DNA of 64,000 nt, taken from NCBI GenBank assembly GCA_963652495.1, contig CAVJTU010000005.1, forward strand, positions 1,982 through 65,981, written 5' to 3'. The position numbers were made by a program, and so were the translations under genes. Below, one piece after another: positions 29,607 through 40,561 of this stretch. Below the pieces are notes generated by a model that saw only the letters and a program-made list of their open reading frames with translations, was not told where the DNA came from and did no database searches. The DNA comes from an uncultured Oscillospiraceae bacterium. GTDB lineage: Bacteria > Bacillota > Clostridia > Lachnospirales > Lachnospiraceae. How positions within the stretch are numbered: position 1 is the first letter of the stretch; each line of letters opens with the position of its first letter.

Positions 29607-31391
29607 ATGGACGACAAACGAATTAGCACACTACGAGCAATCATGAAGAGCGAAGGAATTGATTATTATTATATTCCGACAGCAGATTTTCATGAGTCCG
29701 AATATGTTGTAGACTATTTTAAGGCAAGAAAATATATGACTGGATTTACCGGTTCGGCAGGTGTTGCCGTGATCGGTCCGGACGAGGCATGGCTGTGGAC
29801 AGATGGACGTTATTTCATTCAGGCAGCTGCGCAGATTAAAGGCTCTGGCTTTGGGCTGATGAAGATGGGACAGGAAGGCGTTCCGACTGTGATGCAATAT
29901 TTAGAGGAAAAGCTTCAGGAGGGAGAATGCATCGGTTTTGATGCGAGAGTGGTTAATACGACAGATGCAGGCGAGTTTGCCAAGATTGCAGCAAAGAAGC
30001 ACGGAAGCTTAAAGACAGATAAGGATCTTGCAGATGAAGTGTGGACAGACCGTCCGGTGCTCATTCATCAGCCAGCCGATATTTTAAAGGAAGAGTTCAG
30101 TGGTGAATCTACTGCATCCAAGCTTGCCCGCGTGCGAAAGAAGATGGAAAAAGAGGATGCACAGTATCATATCGTAAGTACACTGGATGATATTGCGTGG
30201 ATCTTAAATGTCAGAGGCGATGACATTCCGCATGTTCCGGTTGTGCTGTCTTTCCTTATAATCGGAAAAGAGAATGCAATGTGGTTTGTCGAGGAGAACG
30301 CACTTAGCGATGCAATTAAGGCAATGGCAGCAGAGTGCGGCGTCACCATTCGTCCATATGAGGAAGTTTATGCCTATGCAGCGACCATCCCAGAGCACAG
30401 CACTGTTCTTCTTGACAAGAGAAAGGTAAATTATCGCATCACAAATGCATTGTCGGAAACCATTCATATTGTAGATAAGGCAAATCCGTCGCAGCTGATG
30501 AAGGCCATCAAGAATGAGATCGAGTTAGAGAATACCAGAAAGGCTCATCTGCTTGACGGCATTGCTGTAACGAAGTTTATGTATTGGTTAAAGAAGAATG
30601 TCGGAACGATTCCAATGGATGAGGTAAGTGTATCGGATTATCTGCAAAGCCTTCGCGCACAGATGGAGGGCTATCGTGATATCAGCTTTGATACAATCGC
30701 AGGCTACAATGCAAATGCAGCGATGATGCATTATAAGGCAGAGCCAGAGACCGCAGCAAAGCTAGAGCCGCAGGGTATGCTTTTGGTTGATTCCGGCGGA
30801 CATTATGACACTGGAACAACCGATATCACAAGAACCTTTGTGCTCGGACCGATTTCCGATATCCAGAAGAAGCACTTCACAATGGTAGTAAAAAGCAACA
30901 TGAATCTGGCAAATGTGCGCTTCCTCTATGGCTGCAACGGTATTTGCCTTGATGTGATCTGCCGTGAGCCAATCTGGAAGGAGAATCTGGATTACCAGTG
31001 CGGAACCGGACATGGTGTGGGTTATCTGTTAAATGTCCACGAGGGGCCAAACAGCTTCCGCTGGCAGTATCGTCCGGGTTTTGACGCACCGTTTGAGGCC
31101 GGTATGGTAACAACCGATGAACCAGGTATCTATTTGCAGGATCAGTACGGAATCCGTACCGAGAATGAGTTAATTTGTGTTAAGGGCGAGAAGAACCAGT
31201 ACGGTCAGTTTATGGGATTCGAGAACATTACTTACGTTCCGATCGATCTTGATGGCATTGACAAGCAGTATCTGAATGCAGAGGATGTAAAGCAGCTCAA
31301 CGATTATCACAAGATGGTATATGAGAAGATTTCTCCGTACATGACACCAGAGGAGAATGAGTGGCTGAAGGAGTATACGAGAGCAATCTGA
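29607..31391 (+). CDS. Aminopeptidase P (Xaa-Pro) family
   Basis: TGFTGSAG, WTDGRY, DSGG, TDITRT, GHGVG..VHEGP, EPGIY. Confidence 0.94.
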   Translation: MDDKRISTLRAIMKSEGIDYYYIPTADFHESEYVVDYFKARKYMTGFTGSAGVAVIGPDEAWLWTDGRYFIQAAAQIKGSGFGLMKMGQEGVPTVMQYLEEKLQEGECIGFDARVVNTTDAGEFAKIAAKKHGSLKTDKDLADEVWTDRPVLIHQPADILKEEFSGESTASKLARVRKKMEKEDAQYHIVSTLDDIAWILNVRGDDIPHVPVVLSFLIIGKENAMWFVEENALSDAIKAMAAECGVTIRPYEEVYAYAATIPEHSTVLLDKRKVNYRITNALSETIHIVDKANPSQLMKAIKNEIELENTRKAHLLDGIAVTKFMYWLKKNVGTIPMDEVSVSDYLQSLRAQMEGYRDISFDTIAGYNANAAMMHYKAEPETAAKLEPQGMLLVDSGGHYDTGTTDITRTFVLGPISDIQKKHFTMVVKSNMNLANVRFLYGCNGICLDVICREPIWKENLDYQCGTGHGVGYLLNVHEGPNSFRWQYRPGFDAPFEAGMVTTDEPGIYLQDQYGIRTENELICVKGEKNQYGQFMGFENITYVPIDLDGIDKQYLNAEDVKQLNDYHKMVYEKISPYMTPEENEWLKEYTRAI

Positions 31392-31583
31392 AAGTGTTAC
31401 AGTTCACGCGTCATGCGTTGTAGATATAAAAAGGAACTTCAATGCTTTGGCAGGCAAAAGGAGTTCCTTTTTATCCATTTTTATTACCCTGACTTTATAC
31501 ACAAAAGATTTTTTGTATATGTCAAAAAAACACATTATTTGTTATAATAACAAATGTTGAAAGACAAAAAGGAGGAAGTGGAC

Positions 31584-33083
31584 ATGGCTTCATTAGTTGA
31601 AAACGCACAGCATAAAGTAGAAAGAAAAGCTTTTGAGATAATGATCAATGGTATTGTTGGTAAGTTGACCAAGACAGACGATGTCGCAAAAAGACAGGAA
31701 ACATTTCTGAGTCTTATTGACAAGGCGGAGGCTTTCTGGGGAGATGGCACAGATAAGGCGACACTGGATAAGGTTCGAGAGTATATGAAGAATCCGGAAA
31801 ACAGATGGATGAAGTTTTTGAACCGTGTTCTGGATGAGACAAATCCAAACTATGCGAAGAAATTCCTTTTGAATTTGGGATATGAAGCATTTTTCCGTGG
31901 AACAAAGACAATCCGAGCAAACCGAGAAAAGTATAATTGCAATATTCCGTGGCTGATCCTGTTTGACCCGACCGATGCATGCAACATGCACTGCGTAGGA
32001 TGCTGGTCTGGTACATATGGTCACAAGAACAGCATGTCATACGAAGATATGGACAAGATCGTTACACAGGGTAAGGAACTTGGAACGTACCTTTACTTTA
32101 TGACAGGTGGAGAACCTACCGTTCGCAAGGCGGATATTTTAAAACTTGCTGAAAAGCATAATGATTGTATGTTTGGTCTTTTCTCAAACTCCACTTTGAT
32201 TGATGATGCATTCTGTCAGAAGATTGTAGAGCTTGGAAATATCACATTCCTTCTTTCCATTGAAGGAACACCTGAGACAAATGACGGTCGTCGCGGTGAC
32301 GGACATTACGCAGCGGTTATAAAGGCAATGGATCTTTTGAAGAAATATGGTATCGTATTCGGCACTTCGATCTGCTATACTAGAGCGAATGTAGAGGCCG
32401 TTACCGATGAGAAGTTCTTACGTTTCATCGCGGACAAGGGCGCACGTTTCGGATTTTATTTCCATTATATGCCAATCGGACAAAATGCAGCGCCGGAACT
32501 GATGCCGACATTAAAGCAGCGTGAAGAGATCATAAAGAAGATTCGCTGGGTTCGTACCGGAGACAATGATATCGGATTTTTCCCTATGGATTTCCAGAAT
32601 GACGGAGAATTTGTTGGCGGATGTATTGCTGGTGGACGTAATTACTTCCATATCAATGCACAGGGCGATGCAGAGCCTTGCGTATTTATCCACTTCTCGG
32701 ACTCCAATATCCATGACAAGTCAATTCTTGAGATGCTGCAGAGCCCATTGTTCAAGGCATATCATGAGGGACAGCCATTTAACAGAAATCATCTGCGTCC
32801 ATGTCCAATGCTTGAGAATCCAGATTTTTTAAGAGAAATGATCAACAAGACTGGTGCGAAGGGAACGAATGCGGAGGCAGAGGAGACCGTTGAGCATCTT
32901 TGTGCGAAGTGTGACCGCTATGCAGAAGAGTGGGGACCTGTTGCTGATCGTATCTGGTCGGAGCAGAAGCATAAAAAGCTTCCTTATGAGAATTATACAG
33001 AAGAAAAGAGAGAACATCCAGAGCTTGCAGCATTCGAGCATGCAGACGGATCAAATGGACTTCGAGATGAGGACATCCAGTAA
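31584..33083 (+). CDS. Radical SAM protein with SPASM/twitch-like C-terminus
   Basis: CNMHCVGC, TGGEP, GCIAGG..PC..PCP..CAKC. Confidence 0.92.
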   Translation: MASLVENAQHKVERKAFEIMINGIVGKLTKTDDVAKRQETFLSLIDKAEAFWGDGTDKATLDKVREYMKNPENRWMKFLNRVLDETNPNYAKKFLLNLGYEAFFRGTKTIRANREKYNCNIPWLILFDPTDACNMHCVGCWSGTYGHKNSMSYEDMDKIVTQGKELGTYLYFMTGGEPTVRKADILKLAEKHNDCMFGLFSNSTLIDDAFCQKIVELGNITFLLSIEGTPETNDGRRGDGHYAAVIKAMDLLKKYGIVFGTSICYTRANVEAVTDEKFLRFIADKGARFGFYFHYMPIGQNAAPELMPTLKQREEIIKKIRWVRTGDNDIGFFPMDFQNDGEFVGGCIAGGRNYFHINAQGDAEPCVFIHFSDSNIHDKSILEMLQSPLFKAYHEGQPFNRNHLRPCPMLENPDFLREMINKTGAKGTNAEAEETVEHLCAKCDRYAEEWGPVADRIWSEQKHKKLPYENYTEEKREHPELAAFEHADGSNGLRDEDIQ

Positions 33084-33110
33084 TTGGTTCTTGTCACCAT
33101 TGGCTTTGAG

Positions 33111-33140
33111 AATGAGGCTTCTTCGGAAGTCTCATTTTTT
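33111..33140 (+). terminator. Intrinsic terminator
   Basis: aatgaggcttc-ttcg-gaagtctcatt followed by a T run. Confidence 0.85.
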
Positions 33141-33255
33141 GTTGTATCGTAGAGTGTTGACGCGGTAAAAAAAGTCTGATATACTTGTGTCCAACGGCGG
33201 TTAACCGTCTAACATAGCAAAATGGCTGCTTCTGCAGCAGAATGTGAGGAAAAGG

Positions 33256-34743
33256 ATGGGAGTATTATACTATAGCACCAGAGGAGACAAACAGGCATAT
33301 ACAGCATCACAGGCAATTCTGCAGGGACTGGCAAAGGACGGCGGTTTATTCGTCCCGGACGCACTTCCAAAGCTTGATAAGACAATGGAAGAACTGTCTG
33401 CCATGGATTACAAAGAAGTGGCCTATGAAGTCATGAAGCAGTTTTTGACTGATTATACAGAAGATGAATTAAAGACCTGCATTCAGAATGCATATAATGA
33501 TCGTTTTGACACACCGGCGATTGCACCGACTGTAAAGAAGGCAGGTGCCTATTATCTTGAGTTGTTCCACGGTCCGACAATTGCATTTAAGGATATGGCA
33601 CTTTCGATCCTTCCTCACTTAATGGTAACAGCAGCAAAGAAGAATAACTGCGATAAGGAGATCGTCATCCTGACTGCGACTTCCGGTGATACCGGAAAGG
33701 CTGCCATGGCAGGCTTTGCGGATGTTCCGGGAACCAGAATTGTTGTCTTTTATCCAAAGGGCGGTGTCAGCGCCGTTCAGGAAAAGCAGATGGTAACACA
33801 GAAAGGCAAGAATGTGAAGGTAGTCGGCATTCACGGAAATTTCGACGATGCACAGAGCCGTGTAAAGGCACTTTTCAGTGATAAGGTACTTGAAAAAGAG
33901 CTTGCAGAGGGTGGATTCCAGTTCTCATCCGCAAACTCCATCAACATTGGCCGTCTCGTTCCGCAGGTTGCTTATTATGCATATGCATATGCAAATCTTC
34001 TGCGTGACGGCGAATTACAGCCGGGAGAGCTGTTAAATGTCGTTGTTCCGACTGGAAACTTCGGAAATATCCTTGCAGCTTACTATGCAAAGAACATGGG
34101 TGTGCCGATTGGAAAGCTGATCTGCGCATCAAACGACAACAAGGTTTTATTTGATTTCTTCAGAAGCGGCAGCTACGATCGAAACAGAGAGTTTATTTTA
34201 ACGACTTCTCCATCTATGGATATTCTGATTTCAAGTAACTTAGAGAGACTGATTTACCGCATTGCAGGCGATGATGCGAGTGTAAACGCCGAACTGATGG
34301 CATCTTTGTCCAAGGATGGAAAATATACTATCACAGAAGAGATGGCAGCAAGACTGGGTGATTTCTATGGAAATTATGCAAATGAGGCTGAGACCGCAGC
34401 ACAGATTAAGGCAGTATATGAGAGTGACGGTTATGTAATGGATACTCATACCGCAGTAGCCTCTGCTGTATATGAAAAGTATAAGGCTGAGACTGGCGAT
34501 ACCACAAAGACACTGATTGCTTCTACCGCAAGTCCATATAAGTTTGCAAGAAGCGTCATGTCTGCAATCGACAGCAAGTACGAGAACGGCGAGGACTTTG
34601 CACTTATTGACGAGCTTTGCCGCATTTCCGGCGTGAAGATTCCGGCAGCAGTAGAGGAGATTCGCAGCGCAGCCGTTCTTCACAACACCGTTGTCGATAA
34701 AGATGCAATGAAGCAGACGGTTCTCGAGTTTCTTGGACTGTGA
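33256..34743 (+). CDS. thrC: Threonine synthase
   Basis: YYSTRG, ELFHGPTIAFKD, ATSGDTG, NSINIGR, PTGNFG, SPSMDI; promoter TTGACG-17-TATACT upstream. Confidence 0.97.
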   Translation: MGVLYYSTRGDKQAYTASQAILQGLAKDGGLFVPDALPKLDKTMEELSAMDYKEVAYEVMKQFLTDYTEDELKTCIQNAYNDRFDTPAIAPTVKKAGAYYLELFHGPTIAFKDMALSILPHLMVTAAKKNNCDKEIVILTATSGDTGKAAMAGFADVPGTRIVVFYPKGGVSAVQEKQMVTQKGKNVKVVGIHGNFDDAQSRVKALFSDKVLEKELAEGGFQFSSANSINIGRLVPQVAYYAYAYANLLRDGELQPGELLNVVVPTGNFGNILAAYYAKNMGVPIGKLICASNDNKVLFDFFRSGSYDRNREFILTTSPSMDILISSNLERLIYRIAGDDASVNAELMASLSKDGKYTITEEMAARLGDFYGNYANEAETAAQIKAVYESDGYVMDTHTAVASAVYEKYKAETGDTTKTLIASTASPYKFARSVMSAIDSKYENGEDFALIDELCRISGVKIPAAVEEIRSAAVLHNTVVDKDAMKQTVLEFLGL

Positions 34744-34835
34744 GTGGCAGCTGCTCAGAATAAAGCAAAATGAGCGTTTTGCGAACAGCAGCAGATGGGG
34801 GATTGAATGTCCCCCATTTCATTATAATGATGTTT

Positions 34836-34916
34836 GATACCAGATTGCTACGTGCTTTGCACTCTCGCAATCTTCAAAAACATTCGGAATCTTGCTCATG
34901 TTTTTGGCGTGGTATC
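34836..34916. repeat. Family C: 81-bp MITE/REP-like element with 7-bp terminal inverted repeats
   Basis: GATACCA...TGGTATC enclosing agattgc/gcaatct and aaaaacat/atgttttt hairpins; partial copy at 49378-49397. Confidence 0.7.
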
Positions 34917-34926
34917 TTTTTATATA

Positions 34927-35610
34927 TTACGACATATATTGTCTTGAATATAAGTATTCATGATTCATACAATGAATCTCGTATGCACCACCAGAAATAC
35001 CAAGCAATTCTGGTGTAATGCTTTGCGCCATCTGTGCTGCATCTTCAAGCTTTTCAAAATATTCATTTAATATGCGCTGACCTGCCATCTGGCTTAGCGG
35101 AACAAGCTTCACAGCATTATTTACAATCGCTGAAATGACATTGTAGCCATACATAATAAGAAGCTGCTGCACTGGAAATTCCAATTCGGCTGCATAAATT
35201 CCAAGCGCAATCGGGTGACAGCCTGCCGCTTTCTTTTCTTTTACCATCTTGCTGTACCAGCAAAGTCCCGGCGTACAATCTCCAATCGCTTCTCTGGCTT
35301 TTATATAACGGCTGCACATTCGGATGCTTCCCTGGCGAATCTCTTTTGCGCTTTTCATCGCTGCAGCAACCTGATCCAGATATAAAATCATTTCATGGTC
35401 CGTATAGTACTTATACGCCAATGCTAACAGGCCAAGATCATTATATGGAAAGATTTGCAGAAAGCCTTCAAGATACGCACTTAATCCTTTTTCTGACCGT
35501 ATGCGATCTCGCACTACATAATCTTCAAGTCCATTCGATAACGTGAATGCTCCAATCGGAAAAAATGCATCGACAGACTGCAATAATTTCAGGAAACTGC
35601 CATTTTCCAT
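34927..35610 (-). CDS. ureF: Urease accessory protein UreF
   Basis: LLQSVDAFFPIGAFTLSNGLE, AVKLVPLSQ, HE..YSR.YMS. Confidence 0.93.
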   Translation of the reverse strand: MENGSFLKLLQSVDAFFPIGAFTLSNGLEDYVVRDRIRSEKGLSAYLEGFLQIFPYNDLGLLALAYKYYTDHEMILYLDQVAAAMKSAKEIRQGSIRMCSRYIKAREAIGDCTPGLCWYSKMVKEKKAAGCHPIALGIYAAELEFPVQQLLIMYGYNVISAIVNNAVKLVPLSQMAGQRILNEYFEKLEDAAQMAQSITPELLGISGGAYEIHCMNHEYLYSRQYMS

Positions 35611-35704
35611 ACACTACTCCTCCTGCGCAATTGTTTTCCTCAGCCTCATAAATTACCGTAAAACCACTCCCACCCAGACAAACCTGCTACAGACAAGGGG
35701 CAAC

Positions 35705-36256
35705 TCAACAAACTTCATTACCATGCTCATGGTGATGGGTATGTTCATGCTCGTGATCACGATGACCTTCGTGTCCATGTACTTCCTCATGGTGATGTTC
35801 TTCATGGTCATGCGTATGCGAGTGTCCATGCGCATGGCATACGGTAAAGTGTGTAAACTTAGCCAGCTTCTTTTCCGGTGCAAATCCAAGCTTTGCAAGA
35901 TAAGCAAATGTTGGCTCATCATATGGTACACTCACTTCATTTTCACCAATGGATAAAGACAAATGACGATTTCCAAGCTCAAAGCACAGACGACCCATTT
36001 CTCTCATGGTATGTACATGCACAACAGTAAGCTCACTTGGAAGAATTTCAACCACGATCACACGGCTGTCATCTGCATACAGCACATCACCATCCTCAAT
36101 CGGATCCGAAATGCGAATTCCAATTTCTTCTTTGCCTGCAGTAGTCTTGCGAAGCAGCTTTTTCTCTGCCTCATACCATTCAATCCCGACGGTGTCGATT
36201 TGTCTTTCTCCAATCGGATATGTCTTTCTATTTCCAATGATTTTTTCTACGATCAT
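35705..36256 (-). CDS. ureE: Urease accessory protein UreE with His-rich tail
   Basis: DGDVL, ELGNRH; 19 His in the C-terminal tail. Confidence 0.93.
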   Translation of the reverse strand: MIVEKIIGNRKTYPIGERQIDTVGIEWYEAEKKLLRKTTAGKEEIGIRISDPIEDGDVLYADDSRVIVVEILPSELTVVHVHTMREMGRLCFELGNRHLSLSIGENEVSVPYDEPTFAYLAKLGFAPEKKLAKFTHFTVCHAHGHSHTHDHEEHHHEEVHGHEGHRDHEHEHTHHHEHGNEVC

Positions 36257-36282
36257 AACAGTCTCCTAATGCGTAAGTAAAT

Positions 36283-36434
36283 GGCCCCGAGGTGAATGTG
36301 CTTTACGAGACGGGACGTTGTAGCGGGCCCGTTGTCAAAATACACTTACGTTAAAAACATGTAGTGGGGACCCGCGGAGTTGGGCCCGTCGACAAAGTCA
36401 CTTCACCGAGTGGACCTTCGTAACCTCCCGGGTC
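36283..36434 (+). repeat. Structured repeat family B, most complete copy
   Basis: ggtgaa.tgcttt-acga-gacggg..gcgggccc..gggacccgc..cccgtc-gac-aaag.ttcacc-gagtggaccttcgtaac. Confidence 0.7.
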
Positions 36435-36437
36435 GCT

Positions 36438-38150
36438 TCAGAAAAGAAAGTACCTCTGCGCCATCGAAAGCTTTTCTGCCGCCTCACACGTAATCAGCTT
36501 GCCATCGACACGCACTTCATAATTTTCCGGGTTGACCTGAATATCCGCAATGACATCATTATTTTTCATGTCCTTCTTTCCGATATTGCGGCAATTATGA
36601 ACAGCCAATACCTGTCTGTGCAGCGACAGCTTCTCTTTGATGCCATCGTCATAGGCTGCCTTTGACACAAATGTAATGCAGCTGTTTGTTCTGGCAAGCC
36701 CGTATGCGCCAAACATCTTCGTATAGACAACCGGCTGCGGTGTCGGAATGGATGCATTGGCATCGCCCATCTTAGATGCAATGATAAATCCGCCCTTTAT
36801 AATCATATCCGGCTTTGCGCCAAACATTGCCGGATTCCACAGCACCAGATCTGCCACCTTGCCCACTTCAACCGAGCCAACATAATCAGAGACACCGTGC
36901 GTGATCGCCGGATTGATTGTATACTTTGCGATATATCGCTTCACGCGGAAATTATCATTTCGCTCACTATCCTCCGGGAGCGGGCCTCTTTGCTTTTTCA
37001 TCTTATCTGCTGTCTGCCAGGTACGAATGATGACCTCGCCGACGCGTCCCATCGCCTGAGAGTCTGAGCTCATCATGGAAAAAATACCCATATCATGCAG
37101 CACATCCTCTGCTGCAATCGTTTCCGGACGGATTCTCGAATCCGCAAATGCAATATCCTCCGGCACCTTTTTGTCTAAGTGATGGCAAACCATCAGCATA
37201 TCCAGATGCTCGTCAAGCGTATTCTTTGTAAATGGCATTGTCGGATTTGTGGAAGAGGGAAGCACATTTGGAAAAGCCGCCGCGCGGATGATATCCGGTG
37301 CATGGCCGCCGCCCGCTCCCTCGGTATGATACGTGTGAATCGTGCGCCCCTTAAAGGCAGCAACGGTATCCTCGACAAATCCAGCCTCATTTAACGTATC
37401 GGTATGGATTGCGGCCTGCACATCATACTTATCGCACATCGTTAAGCATGCGTCAATTGCCGCCGGTGTGGAGCCCCAATCTTCGTGAAGCTTCATACCG
37501 CAGGCACCTGCCTTTATCTGCTCGGCAACCGTATCCACATTTGCCGAATTGCCTTTTCCCAAAAATCCCAGATTGACAGGAAGCTCCTCTGCTGCGCAGA
37601 TCATCTGCTCAATATTGAAGCGTCCCGGCGAGCACGTCGTCGCATTCGTGCCATCTGCAGGGCCTGTTCCTCCTCCAATCATCGTGGTGACACCGCTGTA
37701 GAGTGCCGTCTCGGCCTGTGTCGGGCTGATAAAATGAATATGCGTGTCAAGACCGCCCGCCGTAACGATCAGACCTTCTCCGGCAATCACCTCTGTGGAA
37801 GCTCCGATGATCAGATTTTCATCCACGCCATCCATAATCTGCGGATTTCCGGCTTTTCCGATTCCGCAAATTTTTCCATCCTTAATTCCGATATCTGCCT
37901 TTACAATACCCCAATAATCCACGATTACGGCACTCGTAATAACCGTATCCGGACAATCCTCATCTGCCACCGTACACGACTGACCCATGCCGTCGCGGAT
38001 TGACTTTCCACCGCCGAACTTGCTCTCGTCGCCATAAATGGCATAATCCTTTTCCACTTCAATTAAAAGTGACGTGTCGGCAAGGCGAATGCGATCACCC
38101 ACTGTTGCGCCATACATATCTGCATATTTTTCTCTGCTGATCTTACTCAT
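36438..38150 (-). CDS. ureC: Urease alpha subunit
   Basis: [42 protein letters not shown]. Confidence 0.99.
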   Translation of the reverse strand: MSKISREKYADMYGATVGDRIRLADTSLLIEVEKDYAIYGDESKFGGGKSIRDGMGQSCTVADEDCPDTVITSAVIVDYWGIVKADIGIKDGKICGIGKAGNPQIMDGVDENLIIGASTEVIAGEGLIVTAGGLDTHIHFISPTQAETALYSGVTTMIGGGTGPADGTNATTCSPGRFNIEQMICAAEELPVNLGFLGKGNSANVDTVAEQIKAGACGMKLHEDWGSTPAAIDACLTMCDKYDVQAAIHTDTLNEAGFVEDTVAAFKGRTIHTYHTEGAGGGHAPDIIRAAAFPNVLPSSTNPTMPFTKNTLDEHLDMLMVCHHLDKKVPEDIAFADSRIRPETIAAEDVLHDMGIFSMMSSDSQAMGRVGEVIIRTWQTADKMKKQRGPLPEDSERNDNFRVKRYIAKYTINPAITHGVSDYVGSVEVGKVADLVLWNPAMFGAKPDMIIKGGFIIASKMGDANASIPTPQPVVYTKMFGAYGLARTNSCITFVSKAAYDDGIKEKLSLHRQVLAVHNCRNIGKKDMKNNDVIADIQVNPENYEVRVDGKLITCEAAEKLSMAQRYFLF

Positions 38151-38835
38151 CACACGTCACCCCCTTAAAGCCTTTTTCCTTTGCCGCCTTCAGCGCATGC
38201 GCCTTTACGGCTGGATCATCCATCTTTCCTTCGACCAATCCGTTCAAGCCATGACCCTCACGACTTCCGCCGATCTCAACAAGATTCACTCGCTTTGTCT
38301 CGCCAGGCTCAAAACGTACCGCCGTGCCTGCCGGGATATCAAGACGCATCCCATAAGCAAGATTTCGGTTAAATTCAAGCGCTTTATTCACCTCAAAGAA
38401 ATGGAAATGGGAACCAACCTGAATCGGGCGGTCTGCCGTGTTGGACACCGCAATCTGTGCCGTATCCTTCCCGACATTTAATTCGATCTCACCCGCCTCG
38501 GTGATTACCTCGCCCGGAATGAGATTGCCATTTCCACAAATCGGATCATGTACCGTGACTAGCTTCGTGCCGTCCGGGAAGGTCGCCTCAAGCTGAATCT
38601 CATGAATCATCTCCGGCACACCGTCCATCACATCTTCACTCGTCAGCATCTGCGCACCCATGCTCATAAGCTCCGTTACACTGTGACCATCCCTCGCCAG
38701 CTCTAAAAGCTCTGCGCTGATATAGGCGATCGCTTCCGGATAATTTAATTTTAATCCGCGCTGCTTTCTTTCCTTGGCCAACTGCCCTGCCAAATGAAGC
38801 ATGAGCTTATCGGTCTCTCTTGGTGTTAAACGCAT
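38143..38835 (-). CDS. ureAB: Fused urease gamma+beta subunit
   Basis: [26 protein letters not shown], then [25 protein letters not shown] in one frame. Confidence 0.96.
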   Translation of the reverse strand: MRLTPRETDKLMLHLAGQLAKERKQRGLKLNYPEAIAYISAELLELARDGHSVTELMSMGAQMLTSEDVMDGVPEMIHEIQLEATFPDGTKLVTVHDPICGNGNLIPGEVITEAGEIELNVGKDTAQIAVSNTADRPIQVGSHFHFFEVNKALEFNRNLAYGMRLDIPAGTAVRFEPGETKRVNLVEIGGSREGHGLNGLVEGKMDDPAVKAHALKAAKEKGFKGVTCDE

Positions 38836-38858
38836 ATTTCTCTCCTCCATAAATTCAA

Positions 38859-38919
38859 CGGTCCCTTCACCGACAAAGTCACTCGTCGAAGAATCTTTCG
38901 TAAAACTTGCAGGACACCG
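38859..38919 (+). repeat. Family B partial copy
   Basis: 13-nt identity cgacaaagtcact with 36400-36412, plus ttcgtaa; closed by cggt/accg. Confidence 0.6.
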
Positions 38920-39705
38920 TCAATCCGTCATCATTTTCTGAACTTCCTTCGGATCCATCTCGCTTGTTCTTCCCTTCAGAACAATGCTTCCCTTTTCCAT
39001 TACATAGAGAAAATCCGAAATTCCAAGCACAAAATCAAGATACTGTTCAACGATCAAAACTGATATATCGAGTTCTTTATTGACTCTGCGAATTGCTTCG
39101 CCGATATCCTGAATAATGGATGGCTGAATACCCTCGGTCGGCTCATCGAGAATCAAAATCTTTGGCTTTGCGACAAGTGCTCTGGCAATCGCAAGCTGCT
39201 GCTGCTGGCCTCCGGATAAATCGCCGCCTTTTCTCTTTGCAAACTTCGGCAAGATAGGAAACAGATCAAAAATGTAATCCGGCACGTTATCCTTGATGCC
39301 CTGCGCGCGAAGACCCAACTCAATATTTTCCTGAACAGTCATCTGCGGAAAGATATCTCTTCCCTGCGGCACATAGCCGATTCCGAGACGAACGCGGTCA
39401 TATGTTTTCATATGAATCATGTCGGTCCCATCAAGAGAAATCGCACCCTTTGGTGTCTTGACAAGACCCATGATGCTCTTTAGTGTGGTACTTTTTCCCA
39501 CACCGTTTCGTCCAATCAAACAGGTGATTTCTCCCTTTGCGGCGGTAAGATCAAGACCTTTGCTCACACAGCTCTCACCATAATAGGCATCCAGCTGCTC
39601 GATTTTTAAAATGCTTGGCTTTTCTATTTTTTTCGCCGCATCGTCTGAAAGCTTTTCCACAGCATTTTCTTTTACAAATTCATCTGTCATTGTCTGCTTA
39701 TGCAC
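38920..39705 (-). CDS. urtE: Urea ABC transporter ATPase UrtE
   Basis: GRNGVGKST, YVPQGR, LSGGQQQQL, DEPTEGIQP; start uncertain. Confidence 0.93.
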   Translation of the reverse strand: MHKQTMTDEFVKENAVEKLSDDAAKKIEKPSILKIEQLDAYYGESCVSKGLDLTAAKGEITCLIGRNGVGKSTTLKSIMGLVKTPKGAISLDGTDMIHMKTYDRVRLGIGYVPQGRDIFPQMTVQENIELGLRAQGIKDNVPDYIFDLFPILPKFAKRKGGDLSGGQQQQLAIARALVAKPKILILDEPTEGIQPSIIQDIGEAIRRVNKELDISVLIVEQYLDFVLGISDFLYVMEKGSIVLKGRTSEMDPKEVQKMMTD

Positions 39706-40477
39706 TTCGCTCACCGCCCCTTCCAAGGTAAACCGCCTGAACGGTCTTGTCTGCTAATACATCGTGAATGTCGCCCTCCATCAGCACCTTTCCCTCATGA
39801 AGCACGGTTACACAGTCTGCGATCTGCTTGACAAAATCCATATCGTGTTCTACCACAATGATGGTACATTCCTTTTTGATCTCCTTTAACAGCTCTCCTG
39901 TCTTAAAGGTTTCCGGTTTTCCCATACCGGCTGCCGGCTCATCGAGCATGATGATCTCCGGCTTTTGCACAAATTGCATTGCAATCTCAAGCCACTGCTT
40001 CTCGCCATGCGCAAGTGCTCCTGCCTGAATATCCTTTCGCTCAAGCAGACCTACCTTTTCAAGCGTCTCGTTGATTAGTGCATCCTCTTCCTTGCTTGTG
40101 CGGTGGAAAATGCTCTCCCACACGCCCTTGTTTCCACGCAGGGACAGCTCCATATTTTCATATACCGTCAAATTGACAAATACAGATGGCACCTGAAACT
40201 TTCTGGCAACACCTTCGCCTACGATCTTATATTCCTTCATCCCGGTCAGACGCACCTTTTCTCTGTCCTTCGGATAAAAATTCACATTTCCCTGTGTCGG
40301 CTTTGTCTTCGCGCAGATGATATCAAGAAGTGTGGTCTTTCCTGCACCATTTGGCCCGATAAAGAAATGGATTGTATTTCGTTTTACTTTTACATTGACA
40401 TCGGTTAATGCCTGAAAGCCGTCAAATACGACTGAAACATTTTTTATTTTTAAAACAGTATCGTCTCCTGTCGCCAT
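39698..40477 (-). CDS. urtD: Urea ABC transporter ATPase UrtD
   Basis: GPNGAGKTT, RKFQ, LAHGEKQWLEI, VEHDM. Confidence 0.93.
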   Translation of the reverse strand: MATGDDTVLKIKNVSVVFDGFQALTDVNVKVKRNTIHFFIGPNGAGKTTLLDIICAKTKPTQGNVNFYPKDREKVRLTGMKEYKIVGEGVARKFQVPSVFVNLTVYENMELSLRGNKGVWESIFHRTSKEEDALINETLEKVGLLERKDIQAGALAHGEKQWLEIAMQFVQKPEIIMLDEPAAGMGKPETFKTGELLKEIKKECTIIVVEHDMDFVKQIADCVTVLHEGKVLMEGDIHDVLADKTVQAVYLGRGGERSA

Positions 40478-40510
40478 AGAAATCAACCTGCCTTTCTATT
40501 TTCTCTTTTT

Positions 40511-40561
40511 AACGCCCACTCAGCGAAGCAGCTTTGTCAAAAAGCAGATTCGCTTTTGAAC
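40511..40561 (-). repeat. Family B short copy in inverted orientation
   Basis: Reverse complement reads agcgaa.tgcttt..gacaaag..ttcgct-gagtgggcg. Confidence 0.6.

Noticed and set aside
33186..33255. T-box or riboswitch before thrC
   Set aside because: Leader is only ~65 nt with no T-box sequence or terminator
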